A DNA stretch of 64,000 nt from the human T2T-CHM13v2.0 reference genome, Homo sapiens, in the NCBI RefSeq assembly GCF_009914755.1, contig NC_060926.1, one strand, 5' to 3'. The position numbers and the translations under genes were made by a program. Shown here piece after piece: positions 12,731-25,410 of this stretch (position 1 is its first letter; each line of letters starts with the position of its first letter). The notes under the pieces were generated by a model, which was given only the letters and a program-made list of their open reading frames with translations, was not told the DNA's origin and did not search any database.

Positions 12731-14579
12731 ATAACCCCATCTAGTCAAGCAAGCTCTGTGAAGGCCTTGGCTGGGTGCACCTTGTTGATTTTCACATCCC
12801 CAGCAGGTAATATAATGACCAGGACATAGATGCTGTCTCATAAATAGCTATAAAATGAACAACTGGGTGAAGAGAGCCTAAGCTGGAAATCCCATCTTCA
12901 CACCTCTTCAACTCAATCCACAGCTCATCATCTGTGCCACTTAGCCAGGAAAATTCACTCCCTCAACTATTCTGAGTCCTTCTCTTTTGACATTTATTAC
13001 CCTATACTCTTATTGCAGAGCTCTCCCCAGGTCCTGAGAATAGAGAATATAAAAAACTTACTAGATGTTAGTTCTTTATAATCATGATCTTTTCTCTCTA
13101 GATTTAAATGCTGACTCCAATTATAACCAATTTCATTGTAATTAATATTTCTTAACATTTATGCTGTGCTTAATATTTTTAAAGCACTTCAGAGTTATTA
13201 AATGAATCATCTAACATTCTAGTGAATAATGACATTATTATTATTATCTGCAGGTTCTATAGATTGGGCTCCTGCTTAAGTGAAGAGACTTGTCTAAGGC
13301 AGTTGCCACATTTGCAAGGGAAGGAAACTTATTGAAACCTATAGCTGCAGAAGAGCACCCTGTTTCATACATAGAGCACTTCTGATTGACTTATGTATTT
13401 TCTGGAAGTGATGAGCTGCTCTTAGAAAGCCCTTTTTATTCTACACTGTGACTAGGGCACAACACTTATACGCTGTGTCTTCTCTTACCTTTTATCATGC
13501 TTTCACTTAAAAACTTTTTCTTTTGTTTCCCTACTTGACCCAGGAAAATCTCTTTACCTCTTGAAGTTCTGTGAAGATCAGGGTCACACAATGATGGAAG
13601 AGGAAGACAAGTTGATGCAGGGCGGCCGCATGCCAAGAGTTCCACTAGAAACTGCGCCTGTATTCTTTTTTTTTTTTTTTACTGCCACTCAGTGAGTTAG
13701 GAAGGCATTTGTCTCATTTGATAGATGGAGTATCCAAGGCTGAGATGGACAAGAAGGCTTATCAAGGTCTGGTGGACTTCACAACCCCTCCCTACTGCAT
13801 GGAGCCTATGCTGGGATTCTGCTGCCTGGATCCAAGAGTCAGTGCTTCTGCTACTGGACATTCTGTGTACCATGGATCTTTCACTTCAATGTCTAGAGAG
13901 TTTTACGTGGAATAAAGATTTCACTTGCTCTGTAATTAACTAATTAACTTTATAAATGTGTATAAAACTTCTATTTGAAGCTGAATGTATGCTGTTTTAT
14001 GCAGTGCTGGAGATGGCCTGATGAGCCAGGTAGACACCCCCTGTCCAAGCTGCTTCATCCTATCCTGCCAACTGAGCTGACTGAAGAATTTAGGAAATTA
14101 AAAATAGAAAATCTAGAAAAATAAAAAACACACTCCTAAGACCCATGAGAATACTTTTTCTAACTTATGTGAAAATCAGAAATAATTTCTTTAGAATTGC
14201 AATAGTATCCACATATTTTGTTGTCAGAAATTTCTATTAATTGGGCATGAGAGATCCTATATTACTTTTCATTGAACAGATGATAGAATAACTTAAGGAG
14301 TAAATTGAATTAAAAAAGGCCAATTTTGGCACATTTCTAAGAAAGGAGTTTTCCTTTTTTCTGCATAATCTAGTTTTAATTCCTATTCATATATGTTATT
14401 ATATAAACACGGTGTATACGGCGTTTAGGACCAATTTAATTTTCACTGATTATTGTGTTTTAGATATTTTGCATACACTCCTGTCATCAAGACAAATATT
14501 TATTTATTTTGATCCTGTCTTATTTAAAATATCTCTTGTGACAGCATCCAAGACTCATTACAAGGTAATGAATTTATAG

Positions 14580-14820
14580 GTGGTGTAGAGGGAGAGCAAT
14601 TGAGTCAAGTGTTCTGAGTTTATATCCCAGGTCCCCTGGCTAATAAATGTATAGCATTGGAAAAGCTACTTAACACCCAATACCTCAAATTTCTTTTCTG
14701 TAAAATAGGAATACTGTACCTGCCTCATAGAATTTCTATGAGCATTCAATAAGGAGTATATTGAAAGTCCTAGGTGACTACCTGGTACAAAGTAAGCGTT
14801 CAGTAAACAGTATTGTTAAT
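14580..14820 (+). mobile_element. MIR SINE, near full length
   Basis: tacttaac...cctcaaatttcttttctgtaaaatagg...cctggtacaaagtaagcgttcagtaaa. Confidence 0.8.
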
Positions 14821-15324
14821 AAGGAAATAATTCACAACAATAATTACACATAATCATAGAGTAATAAGATGAAACATTGTACAAAATATTGCACTTCAGA
14901 AAATTTTATACTGTTACTAAAATAGCAGCAGAGTATGTGGTCTTCAAAGTATTCAAACATTTTATATATCGACATATCATCATTTATTAAACCATTGTAA
15001 TTTTTAATATTGTTTTCTGTTTTCAGTTATTATATATACTCTTGTAATAAATTGTTCCAAAGAACTGTCTTTATACATGTATTTCTTGGGAATAAACTTC
15101 CAAGTGGAACTACAGAGTCAAAAGGTGTCAATATAACAGATACTGGAAATGTATTTTCATAATAAGGTAAAAGCTGACTTGGTTAATTTAATTCAATATT
15201 ATCAAACACTAGCTTTTACAAAACACAGCCTTCAAATTCATCACATGAAGCAGAAAACGTAAATCATAGGGGGAAATAACATGGCTATGATGATATTTAA
15301 AATGCATGATACTTACTACACTAA

Positions 15325-16020
15325 TTGATACAGCAATTGTGCTCCTAGGTATTTATCCAAAGGAATCAAAGACTTATGTCCACACAAAAACCTGCACAGA
15401 GATATGTATTGCAGCTTTATTCATAATGGCCCAAATGGGAAAGCAACCAAAATTTCCTTCAGTAGGTGAATAGATAAATACACTGTATATATCTAGGCAA
15501 TGAAATACTATTCAGCGCTTAAAAAATGAGCTTGCAAGCCATGAAAAGACATGGATGAAACTTAAATGTATTTTACTGAGTGAAAAGCCTACATGGAAAG
15601 GGTACATATGATACGATTCCAACTGTGTAAAAAGGCAAATTACAGAAATGACAAAAGGATCAGTGGTTGCCAGAGGTCGGGGGAATGAGAGATGAACGAG
15701 AGGAGCGTAGAGGATTTTAGGGTTGTGAAACTACTCTGTATAATATTGCACTGTACATAGATGTCACTAGACATTTGTCAAAACCCATAAAATGTGCAAG
15801 CCAAGAGCAAACTCTAATGTAAACTACAGACTTTAGGTGATAACGGAGTGTCAATATAGGTTCATTTACTGTAATAAATAAACACTCCAGTGCAGAATAT
15901 TTATAGTTAGCGAGGCTGTGCGAATATGAGGGTAGGTAGGTGGTGTATAAAAAATCTCTAGATTTTCCTTTAGATATCGCTGTGAATCTAAAACTACTCT
16001 TTAAAAGACATATTTAAAAA
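15325..16020 (+). mobile_element. L1MC-type 3' end
   Basis: cagcaattgtgctcctaggtatttatccaaagg...gctgtgaatctaaaactactct, a typical L1MC1/2 3'UTR. Confidence 0.85.
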
Positions 16021-17634
16021 GAATTCCTGATGAAGGAATGCAAATGTTTCATAGTTTTTCTCCTATATAACCAATATGAGTGGTGAGGGCTGATCCTTCA
16101 GACTTCATGATTTAAAATAATTTATGAATCTTCTTTCAAATTTGCTAATGTTAAGCAAAAGAGACTATGTGCATCAAATCTCAGACTTGTCAGCTAGGAT
16201 CACACAATAATACATAATACATTTGTATTTCAAAATATAAACATATATATGCATTTGTATATACGTATGCATACATATATGTATCACATTTAAGAAATTT
16301 ATATATGTGTATATATTTTTAAAAATGTATTGGTTGATCTAAATGGAGAAAGGACAGTACAGATTTAATTAGAGATGTATTAGCTATAAGATAAGTATAA
16401 AACACTATGCTAGGCATTGGAATAGAATAAGTTATGGACTCACTTTCAGGAAGCTCAAAATTTGGTTAAATAAGAAAATATAATGTGGAAGGTTTGTAGT
16501 CAACAGCAGGAATAGACTTCAGAGGTAATAGGGAAAGGTAAAGTATCCCACACTATCCAGAGCCGTTATTTCAGAAAATTTCATGGCGATGGTATTTACA
16601 TGATTAAAAGCATGCATTTTAGCAATTCTTTCCTCTGTGCAGGAACTCACCTCTCCTACAGGGTGATACAATATCATTTCTATCTTGCTTTCCACACCAC
16701 TTGCCATTCCATTACCATATTACTTAGAGTGTATCAGTTGCTTTGTTCATATTGCATGTGCCTCATTTGTAAATGACATTGTCAAGGCTATTATTGCAGC
16801 TGTTTGCAGAATGTCGGAAAGCTGTCAAACTCAGCACAGTCAAGCTGTTTGCAGCAAACAGCAAATGAAACGTACTCATAAATGATTAAAGGCACTTCAT
16901 AAGTGATCCTTACCAAGGAAATGGAAATGTTGTCAGACTGAGTCATCATCTCTCTTGTGCACCTGGGATCAAGCCAAAGACAGTTGCTACTAATAACCAG
17001 CTAGGGGAATGCTTGCCTCACAAAAGGAAAGAAAACTTATATGGAAAGAGCCTTTCAATTTAAAAGCAGTGTCGTCACATTAAGTGGTGGGGTTACTCCC
17101 TTGTTTTAAAATTCATTACAGAATCTCTATTTTAGTCATTTTGGTGAAATCATACAGAAAACATTAGTCATCTGAAAATCAAAATAAAACAAGAAAACAA
17201 ACAAAATGAAACACACATTCACACAACCAGCAAGTATTCTGAAGGAACTGACTCACATGGATGTATCCTTTGATCCACTTGAATATATCTTTTCTTTATT
17301 GACAAAATAGCCAACTTTAGTAAGAAAAATGTTAGTTATGTTTAGTGAGCTTTGTTCTTAATATGTTCATTGATAGTAGAAGGTCAGCATTCCAAGAATT
17401 AATAAAATCCACTTTTTTAGTTTCGCCATTTTAAGAAATCAAGAGTCTTAAAAAAAGTTAGTTGCTCAAGATCATATCAAGATTAATAAAATCCACAGGG
17501 CAGCTGATAGTAAACTAATCGCACCTAAACAAGATTTTCATGTAAACTTCACTATGCACAGACAAAACAAGAAAGGAAATTTTTAGAAGATGTGTTTACA
17601 CATGGCTCAAGGAGACAGGACCAAATCACATGTG

Positions 17635-17990
17635 ATTTTTTTTATTAGCTTTATTTGGGTCTAATTTACATGCAATAAAATTTATTAATTTTAAGTGAAC
17701 ATTTTAGTGGGTTTAGACAAATGAATATCTCCACAAACATGCCATAGAATATTTCCATAAGCCTGAAAATTCTCTACTTCCATTTGCATAAACTCCCTTC
17801 CCCCTACACTCTGATTTTTGAAAAACACATCAATTTTTGTATACATAAATTTACCTTTTCCTAGAATCTCATGTAAAGGGATGGGATTTTGGTCTGGTTT
17901 CTCTCACTTAGCATAATACTTACGCGATTCATTTATGTTGTTGCATGTATCAATAGCTCTTTGTTTTTGTTAATATATTTTCAACATTAA
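17635..17990 (-). mobile_element. Old L1 (L1MB/ME) 3'UTR fragment
   Basis: agctttattt...taatttacatgcaataaaattt...tcacttagcataatac. Confidence 0.65.
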
Positions 17991-18139
17991 TGTTCATTCT
18001 CCTTTTCCTTTACAGAGTTCCTCAAAGACTGTAGAAATTAGATGATCTGAGGGTGTCACAGTGGAATCATGAATAGTTTTTGAAGAAGTACCAGGCCAAG
18101 AACTTGGTGTGCTCTATACATTGTCTCATGAAATTTTCT

Positions 18140-18430
18140 GTTTTTGAGACAGAGTCTCACTCTGTCACCCATACTGGACAGTGGCGTGATCTGGACTCAC
18201 TGCAACCTCTGCCTCCAGGGTTCAGAGGGTTCAAGCAATTCTCCTGCCTCAGCCTCTGGAGTAGCTGGGATTACATGCACATGCTGCCAGGCTCTGCTCT
18301 TTTTTTTTTTAGTAAAGAGGGGGTTTCACCATGTTGGCTAGTCTGGTCTCGAACTCCTGACCTCAAGTGATTCACCCAGCTTGGCCTCCCAAAGTGCTGG
18401 GATTACAGGGGTGAGCCACTGGTCCTGGCC
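18140..18430 (-). mobile_element. AluS with 11-bp TSD
   Basis: Antisense Alu; TSD TGAAATTTTCT at 18129-18139 and 18431-18441. Confidence 0.95.
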
Positions 18431-18698
18431 TGAAATTTTCTTAATAATCATCCAAGAAGGAGTTTATTAATGAACACCAAAGCTATCAGATATTAAGGTA
18501 CATGTTAAACATCTCCTTATTATATCAGCTTACTTTCTTATGGGAAGTAATTAAACATAACTGTATTCACCTATGAATTTATAATGTATACCATTTACTG
18601 AAGATTTACTTTAAGATAGGCATTGTACTAAACCAAAAGTTTACCTCTCTTATTTGGGATATAAGTCCAAAGTCACATGGCTCCGAAGTACTCCCATC

Positions 18699-18740
18699 GT
18701 GTGTGTGTGTGTGCGTTTGTGTGTATGTGCATATGTGTGT
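18699..18740. repeat. Imperfect (TG)n
   Basis: Directly visible. Confidence 0.8.
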
Positions 18741-19710
18741 TTACTTACCTCTTGAAACTATCAAATATCTCAAATTCTTCTTCCTGGAGATAACATGTTA
18801 CATTTGTAATATTTCTTAAGAGATTAGTATTACTCTCTCTTCGAGTTGTAACATTAGGATGCTTACACTTTCAAAGTCGTGTAGATAAAATGATGGCTTT
18901 CATGGAAACGGAATCTACCTCAGTTTTTACAAAGGGAAGTAAGGAATCACAGGTTGGTAAGTTCTGTTTTGGAAAGTATGCTAGGTATTGTACTTGCAAG
19001 AAACAGGATCTACTCTAACAAGTTTAAGCAAAAATAAATAAATAATAAATAATCTAGGGATATAAGATAGATTTCAGAATCTTCACCATGGCTGAAGAGT
19101 CAAGCTCTGAATCTCTATATCCGTGAACAATCCTCAGTTACTATTATGCCACTCCTGTGTTGGCACAATAGATCACTCTGATGATGCTTGCACTTGGCCC
19201 TGAAAGTCCTTCAACTACTGTTTCACAAATCCAGACACCTTTATCACTATCCTTACCAAACTTCTATGTGAGACATACGTCATCATATTGCTTTTTGCAA
19301 ATGAAATCAAATCCTAGATTTGATTTTATTTGACTGCAGACAAGTGCTGCAGTCTAGTTCACATGTCTGAAATCTAAGAGAAAAAGATTTGGTGCAAACA
19401 AAAGGATAGTTTCTAATACTGAAGGTAAGGAGGACATAATTATGATATAGAAAATTCTCCAAACATAGAAAAAGTGTTACCACTAAGATGATGTGTGATG
19501 TATGTCCACTAGAGCAAGTATAGTGTGTAGAGTAGAAGATTCTGTGATTATGAGAAAAAGAATCGTTGACACTTTTGTAAGATCACTGAAATACTGGTGT
19601 TTCTATTCGTACTCTGTAAAGATACCTCTTGTTTCAAAGCAGTTTGTTCTTGGCAGTGACTTAAGTTTTTTATATTTGGAAGCTTGGGGGTGACAGCTAG
19701 ATTTACAAAT

Positions 19711-20494
19711 CTTTTTTTATTTTATTTTATTTTATTTTATTTTATTATTATTATACTTTAAGTTTTAGGGTACATGTGCACAATGTGCAGGTTAGTTACA
19801 TATGTATACATGTGCCATGCTGGTGTGCTGCACCCATTAACTCGTCATTTAGCATTAGGTATATCTCCTAAAGCTATCCCTCCCCCCTCCCGCCACCCCA
19901 CAACAGTCCCCAGAGTGTGATGTTCCCCTTCCTGTGTTCATGTGTTCTCATTGTTCAATTCCCACCTATGAGTGAGAATATGCGGTGTTTGGTTTTTTTG
20001 TTCTTGCGATAGTTTACTGAGAATGATGATTTCCAATTTCATCCATGTCCCTACAAAGGACATGAACTCATCATTTTTTATGGCTGCATAGTATTGCATG
20101 GTGTATATGTGCCACATTTTCTTAATCCAGTCTATCATTGTTGGACATTTGGGTTGGTTCCAAGTCTTTGCTATTGTGAACAGTGCCGCAATAAACATAC
20201 GTGTGCATGTGTCTTTATAGCAGCATGATTTAGAGTCCTTTGGGTATATACCCAGTAATGGGATGGCTGGGTCAAATGGTATTTCCAGTTCTAGATCCCT
20301 GAGGAATCGCCACACTGGCTTCCACAGTGGTTGAACTAGTTTACAGTCCCACCAACAGTGTAAAAGTGTTCCTATTTCTCCACGTCCTCTCCAGCACCTG
20401 TTGTTTCCTGACTTTTTAATGATTGCCATTCTAACTGGTGTGAGATGGTATCTCATTGTGGTTTTGATTTGCATTTTTCTGATGGCCAGTGATG
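19711..20494 (-). mobile_element. Young 5'-truncated L1 (L1PA3-like), ORF2 C-terminus and 3'UTR
   Basis: Very close to the recalled L1PA consensus; ORF 19938..20549 is the ORF2p C-terminus ([18 protein letters not shown]); (TTTTA)n tail. Confidence 0.97.
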
Positions 20495-20727
20495 GTACTT
20501 TTTCATATGAAAAACCTGGTTTTAGTGTACTAAATTTATGTGCTTTCAATTTTTCCAGGAACTACTCTCTAGTCATTTTTTCACTTTTCTTTCTCCTTCC
20601 TATAAAACTCTATAACTCGTATCATAATATCTCACATACAGTATGTTCTCTGGGAAGATATTCGGTGCACAAAAGAAAAGAGTATTATGCCCATCTATTT
20701 AGCCATTAGCAATGTGTTCTTCTGTAA

Positions 20728-20800
20728 CATATATATATCTATGTTATATATGTATGTGTGTATATATATGTATGTGTACATATATATATGTACACACACG
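20728..20800. repeat. (TA)/(TG)/(CA) compound microsatellite
   Basis: Directly visible. Confidence 0.85.
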
Positions 20801-22299
20801 AGCTGGCAGAAGGAGCATGTGGTCAAAGAGGAAGAAATACTTTCAGGAGTCTCTAAAAAGGGTCAAGCTGTGGCTTTATAATAAATTTTATGTAATATAT
20901 TATTAGTCTTCTATAGTTAGCTTTATTTTAAAAAGTCTTTTGCCATTTTTATTTATTTATAATTTCTATCTATATATTTTGCCACCCTTTCGCAATTAAA
21001 GTATCATTGTGATTTAAATTGAAATTGCATTAACAAATTAGTTACTTGGAAAAGTATTCATATGCTTTTTAAATGAAAATCCTGTATTTCTCTACTGGCA
21101 CTTTTCTATTCATATATAAACATGGTCAGTTCATTCATGTCTTAAAATATCCTTCTTCAACCTGTACTTCATTTTGTGTCTTTGTTCTTGTCATCAACAA
21201 AGTTTTAGAAGGAACTGACTGTGCCCTGTGTCCTCTCCTCACTTTTGTGCTATGGTGAACATTCCTCTTGGTTTGATGAGAATCTCACCCATTTAGGCCT
21301 CTTGTGTAGTCATCTGTCCATTCGGTTTAACATCCATCCAGGATTTTTATTTTTAAATTAATCATTAATTTTAGCATTAACCTATGCCAGGATAGATTTG
21401 ATAGAATTTTACCTTAGTTTTCTAACTTTCAGCCATGATTGTGCCTAATAATGAGTTAAGGCATGTGCAGTGGACAAACTTCACCTTTTAACACAAGGTT
21501 CCGTTTAGAAAGGTAGAGTGAGTTCAGGACTCTCAGAAGAAAGCTCTGAGGCCAAGTGCACTGACTACTACGAAACCGGGGAAGGACAGGGGAGTAACAA
21601 GGAAGTTCCATCCCAATTCTACTGCCCATGCCTCCTGCTTCCCGTTTGCTGCACCTTGTCCCTCTTCTTAGTCCCTGCTGGGACCAGTTCATACGTCTGT
21701 AACCTGAAGGAAGAATGCCTGGTCGTTTGTGAAACCCACCTCATGGATATTCAACGCCTTTGGACTTGTCTCTTCTGTTGCTCCTGGCAACTACAGGGGG
21801 CAGATGTCTACGCAACTACTCCAAGTAGGCTATTCCATCTGTCTCTCATCCATGGACACTGACGTTCCATTTCGTCTGAGATTCCTAAGTAACCTTCCCC
21901 CACTGCTTCAGGCCATCTCCCTAAGAGGGCATGGATTTCAGGCTTGTAAGATCCAGGTGAACCAGCTTGCAAAACTGCAAGTAATTTATTCATTCATTTT
22001 AACTCTTCTAAAGGTCTTTGAGTTTGAAGTACCTAACAATGTGCTGGATCTAAGGGTCTTAAGAAATATTTCTCTACCTGAAGACTGCACTTTCTGGTCC
22101 CAGTAGTAACCACATCCTTGTTCTTTTTTTCAGGCCTGCAGCAGCCCAATGAAAAGTTTTGTAAATCCGCCAGCAAATTAAAACCAAAGCGTTGCACACT
22201 AAACATTTTTGAAATATTCAATTGTTCATTGTTTTAGCATCCTCTTTATTCTCAAAAGTATCCATTAGATGATAAATTATTTGATCAGGTCCTTAGCCT

Positions 22300-22540
22300 T
22301 GCAACCATTTGAACCCATCTTTGTTCTACTGAGATGATTCTTGCTGAGAGATTAATGACATCTGTGTTGCCAAATCCCAAATGTACTTTCCTGTCCTTAC
22401 TTTCCTTGACCTCTCTGAAGCATTCAGTACGGTTGTGAATTGTTTTCTTTTTGACATACATTCTCTTCTTATGATTTCCATTACATAACATTTATTTGGT
22501 TTTATTTCTACCCCTCTGGCTGACCTCACAATATTCTCTC
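22300..22540 (+). mobile_element. L2 reverse-transcriptase region fragment
   Basis: Translates across a frameshift to about TEMILAE/INDICVAKS...LTFLDLSEAFSTV, matching the L2/CR1 RT motif ETAL..V.ND...LDLS.AFDTV. Confidence 0.75.
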
Positions 22541-22559
22541 CTTAACCTTGTTATACAAT

Positions 22560-22650
22560 CTTTTTTTTTTATTATTGTAAGAGACACATAACACAGAATT
22601 TACCATCGTAACCATTTTAAGTGTACAGTGCAGGAGTATTAACTTTATGT
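22560..22650 (-). mobile_element. Extreme 3' end of an L1MA/MB
   Basis: poly(T) followed by acataacacagaatttaccatcgtaaccattttaagtgtacag. Confidence 0.7.
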
Positions 22651-22654
22651 CTTC

Positions 22655-24800
22655 CTCTCATTATTGATTGGAATTTCATTTCATTACGGTCAGAAAAGAT
22701 ACTTGGTATAATTTTAATCTTCATAAATTTGTTAAGGGTTGTTTTGTGGCCTAACATGTAATTTATCCTGAATAATGTTCAGTGTGCTCTGAAAAAGAAT
22801 ATGTATTCTGCTGCTGTTGAGTGGAATGTTCTGTATTATATCTCTTAGGTCTCATTAGTCTGTAGTCTCTTTCAAGTCCTCTCTTTCCTTACTGGTCTCT
22901 GTTCTGGTTGTTACATGCATTACTAAATGTAGGGTATTGAAATCTCCTACTATTGTGGTATTACAGTTTATTTCTCCCTTCAGATTTATTAATCATTGTT
23001 ATCCATTTAGGTGCTCTGATGTTGGGTACGTATATATTTTAATTATTATATCTTCCTGGTGAATTGATCCTTTTATTATCCATGTCCTTCCCTGTTTCTT
23101 ATTACAGTTTTTGACTTAAAGTATATTTTGTGTGTTATAAATATGGACACTCCTGCTTTTTTGGGGTTATCATTTGCATAGAATATCTTTTTTCATTTTT
23201 TCACTTTCAGCCTATACGTGTTTTAACGTCTCAAACGAATTTTTATAGATAGCATATAATTGCCTTTTGTTTTGTTTTGATTGCCTTTTATCCATTCAAC
23301 TTTATGAATTTTATTAATATAATCCATTTACATTCAGAGTACTTACTGATAAGGAAGGGCTTACTATTTTCATTTTGTTAGTTGTTTTCTATGTGTCTTA
23401 CAGTTATTTTTTTCCTCTTTTCCCCTCATGCCGTCTTCCTTTGTATTTCACTGATTTTTTTAAGTTGATGTGTTTGCATTTATTTATCTTTCTTTTGTGC
23501 ATTTTCTATAGGTATTTTCTTTTTGGTTACCACGTGGATTACATAAAACATCTTATATGAGGTAACCATATATTTTTAACTGATAACAACCTAAATCATA
23601 TACAAAAACTAATTTTTTACATTTTCCCCACTTCTTCATGTTATTAATTTAATAAATAATTATTAATTATGAATTTTTTAAAGGAAGTAAAATATGCTTA
23701 GAGGAGGGCCAAGCAGGCAACAGGAGAGATCCAAGTGCCTTGACGAATTATATCATGTCATATTTTTATTCATTAGCATAGTTTTATTGTTGTGATTTTT
23801 CTTTCCTTTTTTAGCTTTTAAATTTTATTCTTTTTTTTTCTGCTTGATTAAGTCTGCTGTTAAACACCTCTGGTGACGTTTTCAGTTCAGTTATTGTGTT
23901 CTTCAGCTCCAGAATTTCTATGTGAAAGGTTTTTTTTTTTATAGTTTTACCTCACTTTGTTCATGCATCACTTTTCAAACGTGTTTAATTGTCTATCTGC
24001 ATTCTTTTCAGTTCACTGAGCTCCATTAAGATGATTATTTTCAATTCTATGTCAAATAGTTCTTACATCTTTTTTCCTTGAGACTCAGTTTCTGGAAATA
24101 TAATTTAGTTCTTTGACTGGGCCAAAATTTGCTGTTTCTTTATGTTTTCTTCTTTTTCTTTTTTTTCTGAGATTTGGATATTGGAAAAAAGGGCCATCTC
24201 TCTCTCTTTACAGACTAGCTTCACCCAGAGAAACATGTTTACCAGTCTTCCCAGCTAGATATTCTGAGACCTCTCAAATATTTTCTGGAGATGTATGTTC
24301 TCTAGCCTTGTGCATGAATTTTTTTCATTACAGAGGTTTACCAGTTAATTTTCCATGAGACCAAAATCTCTTGCTGCCTCTGGTGTTCTTTTGTGGTACA
24401 GATGCTTCTCTGGTGCTGCAGCAACCCACTGAGCTCTCCCTTCTTTTCTGTGGCTCCCAGGCATCCAAAATATATGAGTTTCCATAATGCTCAAGTCAGG
24501 GGAAACAGAAGCTAGTTCTTCAAGTATTCTTTTGAAAAAGTAAAAATAAATTGTCGTATGTTTCCTCATTCTTTCCCTTTCAAGGGAGAAACTGTATGTT
24601 GGGTGTTTTCTTCCAATTGCACCAAGTTCTGCTTGCTTGAAGGGATAGCTTTTGAGAGTAAAATGCAACAGATATTCTTAGACATTTCAATGCAGCTTTC
24701 ATTGATTTTGCACTTATCTGGGGTACTATTACTTTTAACTGTCTTTTGAGTTTTCATAATGTCTTTTTGGATTATATATTGTTGTTAATTTGGTGTCTCT
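22655..24800 (-). mobile_element. Old L1M: endonuclease region, inter-ORF, partial ORF1 and 5'UTR
   Basis: Antisense EN region (ggtcagaaaagatacttggtata; ttaggtgctctgatgttggg) and ORF1 N-terminal region (cttcagctccagaatttct; cagttcactgagc). Confidence 0.8.
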
Positions 24801-24872
24801 GTAGGAAATCTATAAGCACGGTTTTGTTTCTCACTGCCACCAAAAATCCCAATACCAGTATAAAATTATTGT

Positions 24873-25231
24873 TGTCTTAGTCCACTCAGGTTGCTATAAC
24901 AAAATACTATAAACTGGGCCACTTATAAACAACAGAAATTTATTTGTCCAGTTTTGGAGGCTGGAAGTCAAACACCAAAGTACTGGCAGATTTTGTATCC
25001 GATGAAGGCCCATTGCCTGAATAATAGTTGGTGCCTTCTTGCTATGTCCTCACATAATGGAAGGGTCAAATAAGCTCCCTTGAGCCTTTTATGTAAGATA
25101 ATTAATACCATCTATAAGGGCTCTACCCTTATTATCTAATCACCTCAAAAAAGTCTCACTTCTTAATATTACCTTGAGTTAGAATTTCTAGATATGAATT
25201 TGGTAGTTACAATCATTTGAGGGGACATTGC
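24873..25231 (-). mobile_element. MLT1A-type solo LTR (ERVL-MaLR)
   Basis: tgtcttagtcc...gctataacaaaatac...ggaggctggaagtc...atatgaattttgg. Confidence 0.85.
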
Positions 25232-25269
25232 AATTGTCATTATTTTAAACACTCATGACCATATTTTGA

Positions 25270-25410
25270 ATATATATGTCCCAGACATTGTGTTGGAATT
25301 ATCGCACACATTTTACCAAATCCTCACATTTATAGTTTGAATAATTGTTACAATTATTACCTCCACTTTACAAATGAAGAATTCAATGGAGAGACAATAC
25401 ATAATTTGAT
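25270..25410 (-). mobile_element. MIR fragment
   Basis: attattacctccactttacaaatgaagaa. Confidence 0.5.

Noticed and set aside
18925-19400. Possible old MLT1-type LTR
   Set aside because: Only a short resemblance (ttgcaagaaacagg...gtttaagcaaaaa); too decayed to delimit by eye
19938-20549. 203-aa ORF
   Set aside because: C-terminus of L1 ORF2p from a truncated copy, with a Cys-to-Arg change in the knuckle and a terminal frameshift; not a host gene
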